From Tetramitus jugosus (Eukaryota; Protista; Heterolobosea): a stretch of DNA of 64,000 nt. A program made the translations under genes and the position numbers. A model generated the notes under the pieces. That model had not been told where the DNA came from. It saw only the letters and a list, made by a program, of their open reading frames with translations, and did no database searches. This document shows positions 21,148-32,793 of the stretch, in pieces; the stretch's first letter is position 1; every line of letters begins with the position of its first letter. The stretch spans positions 124,001 through 188,000 of the forward strand of contig OW569353.1 in assembly GCA_937625935.1 (NCBI GenBank), given 5' to 3'.

Positions 21148-21882
21148 TCAGGCAAAGCAAATAATTGCGTCCTGAGTACAAGGACTGGAAGGACAAGACT
21201 CCAAGAAGGATCGACCATGAGGGCTAATAATGTTTGGACCAAAAAAGAATTCATTCTCCTTGTGTTCTTCCCATTCACATGCTAATTCAATCCCGGATGG
21301 ATTATTCACAACTGCCTGAGCTCGAATGGAAGACCATTCCATTCTGTGTTGGGTAAGATGTCTCTCAAAACGATCCATATAGTCTCTGGCTTGTTCTCTC
21401 ACTTGTTTTCTATGTTTTGTTCTTCTTGTTGAAGCAGTTTTTCCGGTTGACCAATAATCCAGATACTTGCACTCTACAACAAGGAAGTTTCTGTTTCCAT
21501 CGGTCATAATTAAGTCTCCTTTGCCATATTGAGTGTATCCTGGTATGCATTCATACTCATATCCATAGACATACTTGTACGAGGTGTCTGAAACATTCAT
21601 GCAATAGTCAATTATGACTTTGCGTACTACAGATTCCTCTCCATATCCGGCATTGTCCAACACACTATGCAAAACATGGGTTCTGTAGAAAGAATCTCGT
21701 TGAGCCACAGCCTTGAGGGTCAGAGATATCGTTGGTAATCGGCCAATGCATGAGATTTCAGATTTCCCTCTGGTAGAGAAACAAGTCGAACATTCCAACT
21801 TGTCAGAGGCTGTCCTACGCATGTTACTATCATTTTCAATGTCGAAACAACTCATACACACAGTGAAGTTTCCTGACACCAT
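21148..21882 (-). CDS. PD-(D/E)xK nuclease-like protein with N-terminal C4 Zn ribbon
   Basis: 'CMSC...CSTC'; 'YEYE...GKGDLIM...FLVVECK...EQARDY'; ATG at 21882. Confidence 0.6.
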   Translation of the reverse strand: MVSGNFTVCMSCFDIENDSNMRRTASDKLECSTCFSTRGKSEISCIGRLPTISLTLKAVAQRDSFYRTHVLHSVLDNAGYGEESVVRKVIIDYCMNVSDTSYKYVYGYEYECIPGYTQYGKGDLIMTDGNRNFLVVECKYLDYWSTGKTASTRRTKHRKQVREQARDYMDRFERHLTQHRMEWSSIRAQAVVNNPSGIELACEWEEHKENEFFFGPNIISPHGRSFLESCPSSPCTQDAIICFA

Positions 21883-22009
21883 TTTTCTGCTTTGTGACAA
21901 TTGCTTTCTGGTTCTTCCCACGAATTTGAAGGACAGTCGGAAAAAAAATAACAGGTTCGAGAGTCAAAGTTCAATAAGTTATGTATTGGTTGTTTATGGA
22001 GCAGGTGGC

Positions 22010-25000
22010 TCACATAGAGAATGTATCTGTGTCTTTGCGCATAGTTCTCAAATTAACAGTGGCCGTATTGCCATAGTAGTTGTAGGGATTGTTGTACGTT
22101 CGAGCGGTCATGGCTCCATCCAACGCCACACTGGCAAACTCTCTGTAGGTGAGTGCATCACCGGGCACATTGAGTGGAGTTTTGGCAGAGTTGTCCGAGT
22201 TGAGTGATGAGATTTCTTCATCAAGTTCAGACAACGAGATAGTAGGCAGAATGCTGATAAAGTTACTGTCGGTAGCAGATCTAATCTTTGGCACGTTAAT
22301 TGGATAGAGAGGACCGGCAATTTCTCCCAATGCAGGCTGTACAAACACTGTGGAGCCGTTGATGGTACTCTCACCATCTGATAAATATCGTGTGAGCAGT
22401 TTTTCTTTGGAAACGTGCTCCAACACGAGAGTTGGTATTTGAGCGTAACCTCCGACCAGAGGAACTACCTGTAACTCAAACACCCACTTTCGTCTTGCTG
22501 GATCATCACTTGGAACCAAATTTGAATTATCCAATAATTGTCTTCTCTTTCCTGCAATAAGCCAATCTTGTGCTACAACTTCACACATGATTGAAGGTAG
22601 AGCAACGAGAGCTTTCTTGTCTATTGGGGATCGTGTCTTATTCTCAATAGTGTTAGGTGCTTCGATTTGAGGAGCTGTGACCTCAAATTTGACTCTACAC
22701 AATTCACCCATGACCATATTGCCAATGGATGTAACAGACACTACATAGGGTTTGTGGGTAATTGTTGAGAACGATACTTGAATATCATTAACCAATGTTA
22801 AGTCCGAGCCTCGGGATTGATATGACACCCGCAGGATAGACTTATGGAAGTCCAGAAGGGTATGATTTGGTGATACAACAAACACGAAGGAAAGAGCTTG
22901 CTCTGGTAACAATGCTCTCGTTGAAGCGAAATTTCCTGCGTTAAAGTCTTGAACTAAGTCAACTCCTGCCTTTGGATCTAAATTGTAGCCAACAATATCT
23001 AGTGGTGTTGGTGTAGTGCACTCAATGATCACTTGAAGCATGATGTTATGATCCTTAGTAATGGTAGTATGATAGAAATAGATAAACGGTTCATAGAAAC
23101 TCATCTCCATCACTTTGGTAATATTGAATTCCTCTATTATACAGGTCAAGGAACACAGAGTACAGTTGCCTGCGTTAACCTTTTGAGCACGTATTCGAAT
23201 TGGATATAGCTTGGTTTCTGACGGTTCCAACTTGTCAATAATTAACTTATTCCTGATGGGTGATATGACAGAGAGACAAGGGTCGGATGGAACGAATGTG
23301 ACAGTTATGTTCTCCATAGCCTCATCATCGCTTGGATTCTTGACTGTTAAATATATTTCCTGTTCTTGATCAACAATGAGACATGCTTTTTTGGAGAGAG
23401 TCACATCCAATACACTCTCACCTGAGCCCACGTTGACCAGAAAGCCTGGATCGAAATATGCTGAGTATGGAACGGCATGATGCGCTTCTCCGTAGCTACT
23501 CAAACTGTCGACATCAAGCTTGACCGGCTCAGGTTTTGGAGAAGCATCTGACTGTGGAAGTGTTGGAGGTGCTTGAATGACTGACTTCTTTCGTTTAGAT
23601 GTTTGCACGATGCCCACCAAACAACATGGCAATTTTTGCAGCGTCTCTTGTGGTAGTAGATTGGCGGGATGATTCTTTTCAATAGGTACCTCCATGCGCA
23701 AATGGCCACTAATCAACTGAACGCGCTTCACCTGGAATATGCCAATTGTGGTCATTCGCTCCTTTAAAACAATTTTTTGGATCGATTCATTCATTATGAA
23801 TCCAGAACCTTCGACTAGAATCGTTTTCATTGAGTTTTCTTGTAGTTTTTCTTTAAATTCTACAATAATCTTATCCACTTTGAAGTCTGTTAGACCATTG
23901 TTGTAAAATACAAGGGCAAACTTGAGAGGTGCTCCTCTCTCCACAAAAGCTTCTGGACGACCATGAATGCTCTCGATACCCACACGTAGTGCATCCTTTG
24001 GAGCTGCGCTATCAACATCAGCTGTGAGCAGTGGAATATTCTTCAAGAGTTCGGAGTAGTAGTATGGATCATTGATTAAATCTACGCATAACTTCACGTA
24101 ATATTCGGAACGACCTAATCCTTGTTCACAAAGAGCTAACTTTCGTTGCGTTTCTTTTCTTAAGACCTTCCAATTATCAATTTCATAACGTTGCACTTGG
24201 GGTTGGAGAAGAATCAAAGCCTCCTCATGTCTTCCCTCTTTGAATCTGATTGATGCCATCTCGCTATTCAATCTATCAACAAATCTCTCCCTCTTGCCGA
24301 TTCCATACTTACTGGATGCAGATGTTGATACATCGATATACAAATTATCAAAGAGTTCTTGAGATTGTACCATCTCCTGCAAGCGCTTAGCGATAGGATA
24401 TTCGGTCTTAAAATCCATTAGAGATATCTTTGAAGAAATATCAGTGCTAGGGCTTCTTGTTTGATCAATGATAGAAAGTGTAGTTTTCATGGAAGGATCC
24501 TTTCTTATTGGATTATCATATGAGATATTTGCCAAATCAAGGGCATCTTCAGTAGCAAACTGTCTTCGCGTAATAGTCGATAAGCCAAACACATTTCCAA
24601 TAATCTGCATCTGGAAACGCATCACCATATATAAATCACCAACTCTACGGAATAGGGCATGAAGGCTAGATGTCTCATTCAGTAGCATTCCTCTCATTTC
24701 ACACGCTTCAACAACACATGACGCTGCACAATAACCCCATAATCGAATAAATAGGAATTTTCGAATGTCATCATCACTCCATCGCCTTCGTCTCTTTGGG
24801 AATAATCGGACAAGCACTTCTGAACTATCAGCATCATCATCCGCTTCCTCAACATTCATTGATATTTTCTCGGTTTCGTTGTCTGGATCCTCCGGTAACA
24901 AGTGATTTTGAAGTTGCAGCATCATCTTTGGAATATAGGTCGTTGCTAATTCAGCAGCCATATCAGGATTTCCCAAGCTAAATAATAAATGAATCTGTCT

Positions 25001-26564
25001 GGCGAAGACATAATTATTAAAATCAAATTCGGAGATTCTAGTTTCATACATGAGTTGCCTATAATTTTTGACCGATGTATCCAAGATGGGAAATATTGTA
25101 AAATCATCTTCATCAATAAACTTGTTAAATCGTACAGAGTCGGTTGATGAGTTGAGGAAAGACATCAATTGTTGATACATTCCATGAGCGTTCACTGGTA
25201 ATTTGAATTGTTCGAACGTAAATGCCAATCCTTCCTTGATTAAAAAGAAGTGACAAAATTGCCATCCAGGCACCGTACGATTACTCTCTGATTTTTTCAT
25301 TTCCTTGTCGTACATGATTGTTCGTCTCACAAACTCCTCGACAACACCGTCTCGAATACGTACTGCCACATCCATCTTTATAAAGTCTTCAGCAAATGTT
25401 TTTTCTTCCAGTTTAACAACGTTGTCCTTGTTGAAATCAGTCTTTAACCGATCAAACACCTTGAAGAATGAAAATTTTTTGGCAGGTTGTTGCAAATACA
25501 GAATCAAATAGCTATAATCCTTTTCTGACATGTAATCTGTGAATGCCTTGAGCTTTGGTTTTACATAGTTCTTGTATTCCTCTCCGTCCTATTTCATAAA
25601 AACAGTTGTCAACAACAACACTTGAATGAAACAAGAATAACAAGCAAAAAAACCACATACCTCACACTTGACAATATAAATATGAAAATATGGATTTCTG
25701 TACCAACTATTCCAATGACGCGAGAATCTACATTGTGGATGATTCGAAGTCACATAGTCCAATGAAACCTAATCAATCATATAACAATCAAAACAATAGA
25801 ATGAGAAAAAAACACATGGTCAATATGGCTCATCACCAACAACAACCACAATATACCACAATTTTGAAAAACAAAAATTTTCTCACCTTTTGCACAGCCT
25901 TCAAAAACACATTATTGTTCACATATTGATTCTTGCTCTTCAAATTTCTCAAATCAAAGTGCATGGCATACTTTTCAATGCATCCAATCAACAATTCTCT
26001 CCAAACAATGAATCCACTTGGATCGACTCGATCGTCCATCTTTCTAAAATCATCTTCATTTTCTTCGTCGTCATAATTGTGCGTCGAAGGTGGTGATGCA
26101 GAATTCAACTCTGTGCCACCACCACCACTTCCACTGATACTGCTACTGCTACTACTGTTACTACTACTACTGCTGCTATTGATACCACTCGTACTATTTT
26201 TTCTCATTGTCAATGATTCCAAATTGTCTGAAGAAGCAGCTCTCGTTGCATTACTCAATGGAGTCAAATGAAAAGTATTGTTTGATGTTGTTGCAGTCGT
26301 TGTTGTTGTTGTTGGAGGAGATGTCGAACCCAACACACTTGAACTACCACTACTACCATTCGTTGCTGCTCCAGTGACACCTGCAATCGTAGAAGAAAAT
26401 GGCACGTTGCTCAACATGGATGTCCAAGTTTTGGTTCGAGTGTGTTGATGGTGCGGTCTTTTGGACTTTGAAACAAGTGAAGGATTGGGATCGTTGGTCA
26501 CTTCACTTCTCTCATGAATTTCCCAAATGACAACATATGGGTGTAGGTATTGATGATCTCTCAT
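22010..26564 (-). CDS. TRAPPC10: TRAPPC10/Trs130 (TRAPPII subunit), 3 exons (26564-25887, 25768-25661, 25588-22010), about 1454 aa
   Basis: In-frame GT-AG introns 25886-25769 and 25660-25589; 'PYFHIYIVKCED', 'VFDRLKTDF', 'WQFCHFFLIKEGLA', 'NYVFARQ', 'WLIAGK', 'VPLVGGY'. Confidence 0.85.
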
Positions 26565-26912
26565 ATTTGTAGTAGAAGCTTATGAATATGATGTTGTTGT
26601 TGTTGTTGTTTGTTGAGAATGATCATGTACTGTTGTTGTCAGGTTCGTGTCACACAACAATCACACAACAATTCAAAAAAATGTCAAAGAGGTTGATGCG
26701 TGGAATCTGAGTTGGTTTTTTCTTGTCGGAGTGAACATGAGTTGTTTTTCGAACGTCTGAAAACCGCGAAAAAGAATTGTAACAGCAATCGGGATAATAG
26801 GGATACAACAAGTACCAAAAATAACAGTTGAGATCATGGTGGACTTGTTTATTGTTGTCCCAGCAACCCAAAACAACACACAGAGAAATAAGAACATCCA
26901 AATCAACATACT

Positions 26913-27767
26913 ATGCTATCAAAAAGTGTCACATTGAGTGCTTCTCTCCTTAAGCGAGCCCAGTCAACCCAGAAAGCTCTCCCAACCTTCTTCGTTGTTC
27001 TTCCAAGACAACAGATAAGGCAAATGTCAGCCTTCTCCCATTTCCAGACATTGGTAAAAAGCCACAAGAATATCAAACACAATTATTCATTGGCGTTCAA
27101 AGAGTTGGATAATTTGGTCAAGAACAACGAACTCCACAAGAATTCAGTGGAATCCACTGCTGATACGACAGATATTCGTACCTTGTTTGACACTGTGCAT
27201 GCATGTTTGGTAGCAAGATCAAAACTCGAAGATCACAATTATCTTCCAATACTTAAGGAAGATGTCAATATGAGCGATCTTCTGGATAATGGACAGAAGA
27301 AGTTGGTTCACTCATTCAAGAAGGATCACGTAACAGAACATCAAGCTCTAAATCATACCAAAAAGTTGATTGATACCCTGTACAGTCACCATAAGAGCCA
27401 ACAAGCTGAAGCTCTGAAGAACATTGGTCCAGAATTCGAAACTGCACATCGAAGATTGGATCTCTTGTTACAGAAAGAGGAAGACAACATCCTGTATCCT
27501 CTGATGGATACCATGCTGGGTGAAGATGGAAGAAGAGAGGTATTGGAATCAGTGCGAAATCACCAGAGAGCAAACAACGTTATTGAGATTGCCAACAACT
27601 TGGCCGAAGCCACACTGAGCGATATCTTGCGAGTGAAGGAATTGTATCCCGAAGTCAAAGGAGATGTCGCTGATTCCATCTTGAAAGAATTTAGCAAGTC
27701 TGTGCCGCATCACATTTGGATGAATATTTCTTTCAAGAACGATCAAGTACCAGACGTTGTATTATAA
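26913..27767 (+). CDS. hemerythrin-like (HHE) helical protein with predicted mitochondrial presequence
   Basis: Basic, acid-free N-terminus; 'H..I', 'EDHNYLPIL', 'EH', 'KEEDNILYPL' resemble HHE repeats with some ligands degenerate. Confidence 0.55.
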   Translation: MLSKSVTLSASLLKRAQSTQKALPTFFVVLPRQQIRQMSAFSHFQTLVKSHKNIKHNYSLAFKELDNLVKNNELHKNSVESTADTTDIRTLFDTVHACLVARSKLEDHNYLPILKEDVNMSDLLDNGQKKLVHSFKKDHVTEHQALNHTKKLIDTLYSHHKSQQAEALKNIGPEFETAHRRLDLLLQKEEDNILYPLMDTMLGEDGRREVLESVRNHQRANNVIEIANNLAEATLSDILRVKELYPEVKGDVADSILKEFSKSVPHHIWMNISFKNDQVPDVVL

Positions 27768-27802
27768 AAGGAGAATAAAGGATTTGGGGTGAGTCAATCA
27801 TT

Positions 27803-29287
27803 TTACAAAAACTGTTGGCTCTCAGAGTAGAGCTGTGAGTCCGTATTGCACAAAGAAGCAATCAAATAAGCTCTTTCATACAGAAATCGTATCAGTGGAT
27901 TATCATTCGTATTCATCATGTGATGCATTGTCACCATATCTGAAAATTGTGAATTTTGAGAGAGTGGCGTGAGCAAACCCATGTTATCAGCATTCTCCCC
28001 GTGACAATTGTCCAATCTCTCATTCAATATCACCAAAAATTCAGTCAATGACCGAACAGCAACCAAATAATCCTCAAAATACAATGTGGCATCTTCATCA
28101 TTCTCATTATTCTCACAATCATTCGTTGTTGTTGCCTTTTTCAATATCTTCTTCTTAATCAAACAATAAGCAATAACGCATCCATTATTATTGCCACCAC
28201 CATTATTACCGCCATGACCATTGTCATGTTGTGGCTCACAATCAATACAAAACATGTCAAAATCATTGTTCGGGAATTGAGTCGATTGCGAGATCCATGA
28301 CGATGACGTATAAGCAAACGGTATCCAATAAGGTGAATGAATAAATCGATGAGTGGATTCACTGTTTTGTCTCATCTGTTGCAACACATGATAAGATTGG
28401 ATCATTTCACCCGTATTCATCACTCGCACTTCACAATTTCTTTCATTGTTTTGATTCAATACGTCACAGTTACGATGATGATACAGAGATATGACTTGTT
28501 TCACATCATCTGCATACTTGATCTTTTCATTATTCGTTGTGTGCGATTGTATCAATTGAGAAATTTGTTTCAATGCGTTTCGCGTTTCATCCATCGCATC
28601 TCTTGTTGTTGTCGATGATGATGATGATGATGGTACAACGATAGACGATGGTTCTTCTTCACGTGATGAAAAATAATATCGATCAAACAACAATGTCACA
28701 TGCTCTCTCATTTCACTCTTGTATATCCAATGTTTCATTGCCAAACAACTCTCTTCGACACAACTCCAATCACTCTCGATTGTATTCTCATTATTCAATC
28801 TTCTCTTTTTCCTTGTTGGTTCTGCTTCTTCATCATCATCATCGTTATCTTCATTGTCATCATCATCATCATTTCCATCACTGTAACCAAAATCAATCCA
28901 ATCATTGATCAAATATTGTTTCCATAGTGATGAATCATGACGAATAGAGTGATACATGTGCTTGTTGACACCATACAGTGAACAAAGGAGTTGTTTTGGT
29001 GTAAAATACAAGCAGAGTTGATGAAAGATTTTGGAGTTGTTTTGAAGTGCTTGATACAAAGTCAACGACTGTCGATCTTGTTGTTGAGATGAAGAAGTGT
29101 GATCAATATCATGGTTTGTTTCGATGGTGGATAATTTTTGTGTGCCGTTGTTGATGTCATTGGGTGTGCTTAGACTGTTGTTGATGTCGTGATTGCTTGG
29201 GAACAACCATTCATCTGTACAGCTCTTATCCCAGGATGTTGGGCCCAACTTCACAATCAGGCCTGAACTTTCTTGATTCACATTCAT
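27803..29287 (-). CDS. F-box + SMI1/KNR4 (SUKH)-like domain protein
   Basis: F-box 'IFHQLCLYFTPKQLLCSLYGVNKHMY...LWK'; 'WIPFA...FCIDCEP...GCVI...VRSLTEFL'. Confidence 0.6.
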   Translation of the reverse strand: MNVNQESSGLIVKLGPTSWDKSCTDEWLFPSNHDINNSLSTPNDINNGTQKLSTIETNHDIDHTSSSQQQDRQSLTLYQALQNNSKIFHQLCLYFTPKQLLCSLYGVNKHMYHSIRHDSSLWKQYLINDWIDFGYSDGNDDDDDNEDNDDDDEEAEPTRKKRRLNNENTIESDWSCVEESCLAMKHWIYKSEMREHVTLLFDRYYFSSREEEPSSIVVPSSSSSSTTTRDAMDETRNALKQISQLIQSHTTNNEKIKYADDVKQVISLYHHRNCDVLNQNNERNCEVRVMNTGEMIQSYHVLQQMRQNSESTHRFIHSPYWIPFAYTSSSWISQSTQFPNNDFDMFCIDCEPQHDNGHGGNNGGGNNNGCVIAYCLIKKKILKKATTTNDCENNENDEDATLYFEDYLVAVRSLTEFLVILNERLDNCHGENADNMGLLTPLSQNSQFSDMVTMHHMMNTNDNPLIRFLYERAYLIASLCNTDSQLYSESQQFL

Positions 29288-29333
29288 TTTTTACAATTAT
29301 ATTACACATTGTATACAACACATGCGCTCACTC

Positions 29334-29807
29334 TCAATGTAGCTTCTCTTGTTTCAACACTGTAATTTTCTTTGAGGCTCCATTGTACATGAGTAGCTTC
29401 ATTGAGATGGGAGAGAGCAATGAATCTGTTGGACTGGATGGTTGAGAGTCATTGTTGTTGTTGACTTGATTTGAGGAATGAACATCTGTGCCTAGCTCTT
29501 CCACAGAGGATGGAAGTCTGGCAGAGGAGAGTGTGGTGCTCACTGACATGGACCGAGTTCTCATTCCAGACAAGATACTTGTTGTTGTCGTTGTCGTTGT
29601 TTCATCCATAAGGTAGGTGGTTGTGGTTGGACCACTGCTGTGTAGGGTGTCAATTCTTATACAGGGAGACTTTAGTCTGGCAGAGAAGGAAGCAGCCCTC
29701 GTGCGTTGTCTGGATATCGTCGTTGCTGAACCATTCTGGTGCAATTGTTGGTGGATGACATGGGTGTTGGACTGTTCGTTGTTGGATGTGTCGTTGTTGG
29801 AGACCAT
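29334..29807 (-). CDS. small disordered protein with Spo12-like motif
   Basis: C-terminal 'SSPTDSLLSPISMKL' resembles the Spo12 core motif SPTD-x-LLSP-x-S-x-KL. Confidence 0.5.
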   Translation of the reverse strand: MVSNNDTSNNEQSNTHVIHQQLHQNGSATTISRQRTRAASFSARLKSPCIRIDTLHSSGPTTTTYLMDETTTTTTTSILSGMRTRSMSVSTTLSSARLPSSVEELGTDVHSSNQVNNNNDSQPSSPTDSLLSPISMKLLMYNGASKKITVLKQEKLH

Positions 29808-30227
29808 TGTTTTTTTCGTTGCTGGTAAGATTTGAGTTGGATATTGGTTATGCTTTGTCTTGAAGGCAAAGGATTACAAATGTGTTGTGTTTTATGATGT
29901 TCTGTGTGTTTTGGACAAGGCCAAGAATACCGGTCTCACTTTTTATACAGCTGAACAAGGTGCGTTGAAGCGGTGCGGTGGTCCCAATTTGAGGCAGTTT
30001 TGCTCAATTTACGCTTGAGAGTTCGAACGGAAATGGACTCGTTAGACAGTAAGATGGTTTGTAAATCATCAACGTCGCGATGTGCCCCTGACGAACATCA
30101 CCAGCAGGCCAAACGATAGTTCGGAGAAATGATGTTTTGGTGTCGGGATTATGATCAAGATTACATAAGCCCGACAACAATCAATCACCAAAACGAAAAC
30201 AACGTATTTATTGACCTAAAACTAGAC

Positions 30228-32657
30228 ATGAGCTCTGGTCAAGCGTGGCAATGGATTAAATCTATTGAGAGCACTATTGATCAAGCACTCGAAATCAACG
30301 AAAAAGACAAGAAAAATGAAACAAACAACGCGCCACCAAATTCTCCGTCAACGATTGTCTCTCCCGCCAAAACACCTGTAATCGCTAATGCACCTTCTCT
30401 TTCCCAAGTGTTCACAACAGTGTCAAGCATTGTTTCTTCTGGTGCATCATCAACCGTTTCAACTCCGAATAAAACATCAACTAAAATAGCTACCGAAGTC
30501 ACATCAAGTGCGGCCGATGATGAAGACGATGATGAGTTTCATGATATTGAAGAAGATGATGGAGAAGAAGAAGAAGAGACAGTAGACAGTGCAACAGAAC
30601 AATCAAAAGACTCGAATGTTGCATCGTCGCCCAAGAATACGAACAATGCTGACGATGCTGCTGTGGCAACACAAAAACCAACTGTAGACAGTAGTAAAGG
30701 CGAGAAACAAGTTTTGAAAAGCGACAAATCGGATCATGTGAACAAGAAGAAGGATGATGACTGGATTAGAGTACGATTGATTACATCATTGTCCTTTGAT
30801 GATGATGAACAATCATTGGAGAACAATAAGAATGAAAAAAAGGCGAGCGCAAAGTTGAATGGAAGCACAAAAGTAGCGACTCCATCGCCTGAGCTCTCAC
30901 TATTGCAAGAACAAGTCAAGAGACAAACAAATCAATTGAACAATGTGTTTTCAGAGTTGTCAAATAGAGAAAAACAAATTCAACAATTGAACTCTGAATT
31001 AGCTCAACTAAAGAATGAAAATGTTAGAATATTGAGATTGAATGACGATGTAAAAATGGAGGCAAAGGAGGCCACAGATCAATTTGAATCACTCAAGAAT
31101 GAATTTAGTGAGAGATTGGCAAAGGAGGAACGAAAAGTGGCTCAATTGCGTCGAGAGAAACAAGAATTGAAGGAGAAGAATTCCACAGAGTTGTTGCAAG
31201 CTCAAAATCAAAAAGTGGATGCACTAACACGAGAAACAGAACAATTGACAAAGAAGATTACGAGCTTGGAGCAAACGTCGCGCAAATTAAACAAAACGAT
31301 TCAAGAATTGGAATCAGAGAAGAGCAATTGGAATCAAATGAGCGAATCGATGAAGACTGAGATGAATTCATTGAGAGACAAGATGACCAAGAAGGACAGT
31401 GTTGTTATGAGCGATGCTGATGATATTGCCAAGAGATTGAGATTGATAGTAAGTGCTGTACTGAATGAATGGGAACAGAAATCAAAAGCCTTGTTTGATG
31501 CTCGTACTTCAATCAAGAGTCTAGAGTCAAAACTGACACAAAAGAACGATGATTATCAAAAGTTGTTCAACGACTATGAGCATTTGCAGGAGACGATGGT
31601 TCTCAATACGGATATTGCTGAAAAGAAGCAAGACGCACTCAGAAAGGAGATTGAGACATTGCTAAAGCGCTGTAATATGGCTGATGTGAAGAATGAGGAT
31701 ATGATTACATCGTTACCTGATATGACAATACCGCTGTTGGAGCAAATTGAACAATTGGAAAAATCAGCCAACTCCAAGGAGGAACAATGGAAAGAAGTAG
31801 AACAACGCCTCAACTTCAAGTTGAAGATTGCTGAGAATAATTCCAAATTGGCACACATGGAGCAACAGAAGCTCCAGGGTGCAATTGATCAATTGAACGC
31901 AACGATTGAAGAACAGCGGAAGCACATTGAAAAATTGAATCATCAAGTGAGAGAATGGGGTGAACTTTCTAATCGGACGAAACAACAATTGAACGAAAAA
32001 ATGGAGATGCTACAACCACTTCAGAGAGAGAATTCAAAACTGAAGTTGGATATCGAGCAACTGCAGATCCTGCTCGGAGACTCGCGTAAAGAGAACGAAC
32101 AATTATATCAACAGATTGAAAAATTGAAAGAGAAACAATCAAGTTCAAATTCTACGAATGATAATCGTCAACAGTTATCATCAATTGAAATTAGCGAGAA
32201 GACGCAATCGACTAGCACTGAGAACAGCAGTGATACTACGCATGGTGATCGCACTCCAGTGTCTCCCTCATCAACAGAAGATACCTTGTCATTGCTGGCT
32301 CTTGTTCATAACTATGAAAAAGATCTCCGGATGCACAATGCCAAGAACCAATCACTATTGAAAAGAGTAGAAGCTCTCGAAGCAACAAAGAATCAATTGT
32401 CAGAAGAGCTTGTGGTTTATACAACCAACAACAGAAAATTAGCAAAGCAAATAACGGATCAACAACAACTTCAAAACGAGCTACAGGAGCTACAAAAACG
32501 ACATAATGCAGCTTTAGAACTCATCGGAGAAAATGAAGAAACTATTGGAGATCTTCAGCAAGACTTAAAGTATGTGAAAGAAAAGTTTAGAATCCAAATT
32601 ACCACTCTGTTAGAAGAGATTGATCTCTTAAAGAATAAGGGTTCAATTGTACAGTAA
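30228..32657 (+). CDS. TMF1: golgin TMF1/Sgm1 (TATA element modulatory factor) coiled-coil protein
   Basis: Long heptad coiled coil; 'PLLEQIEQL'; C-terminal 'ALELIGENEETIGDLQQDLKYVKEKFRIQI'. Confidence 0.8.
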   Translation: MSSGQAWQWIKSIESTIDQALEINEKDKKNETNNAPPNSPSTIVSPAKTPVIANAPSLSQVFTTVSSIVSSGASSTVSTPNKTSTKIATEVTSSAADDEDDDEFHDIEEDDGEEEEETVDSATEQSKDSNVASSPKNTNNADDAAVATQKPTVDSSKGEKQVLKSDKSDHVNKKKDDDWIRVRLITSLSFDDDEQSLENNKNEKKASAKLNGSTKVATPSPELSLLQEQVKRQTNQLNNVFSELSNREKQIQQLNSELAQLKNENVRILRLNDDVKMEAKEATDQFESLKNEFSERLAKEERKVAQLRREKQELKEKNSTELLQAQNQKVDALTRETEQLTKKITSLEQTSRKLNKTIQELESEKSNWNQMSESMKTEMNSLRDKMTKKDSVVMSDADDIAKRLRLIVSAVLNEWEQKSKALFDARTSIKSLESKLTQKNDDYQKLFNDYEHLQETMVLNTDIAEKKQDALRKEIETLLKRCNMADVKNEDMITSLPDMTIPLLEQIEQLEKSANSKEEQWKEVEQRLNFKLKIAENNSKLAHMEQQKLQGAIDQLNATIEEQRKHIEKLNHQVREWGELSNRTKQQLNEKMEMLQPLQRENSKLKLDIEQLQILLGDSRKENEQLYQQIEKLKEKQSSSNSTNDNRQQLSSIEISEKTQSTSTENSSDTTHGDRTPVSPSSTEDTLSLLALVHNYEKDLRMHNAKNQSLLKRVEALEATKNQLSEELVVYTTNNRKLAKQITDQQQLQNELQELQKRHNAALELIGENEETIGDLQQDLKYVKEKFRIQITTLLEEIDLLKNKGSIVQ

Positions 32658-32793
32658 TGTGGAGAGCAATAAATCACCGTGGGTAGAATTGTTCATGGTG
32701 AACTTGTCTGTCAAACTCACATCGCAAAACAGAATGAATCATTGCACTTCTCCGGTTCTCGGCTGAGGATTCTGTTCTGAATATCAAATTCGT

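Noticed and set aside
21101-21196. Apparent overlap between the chaperonin and nuclease-like ORFs
   Set aside because: Disappears when the ATG at 21100 is used
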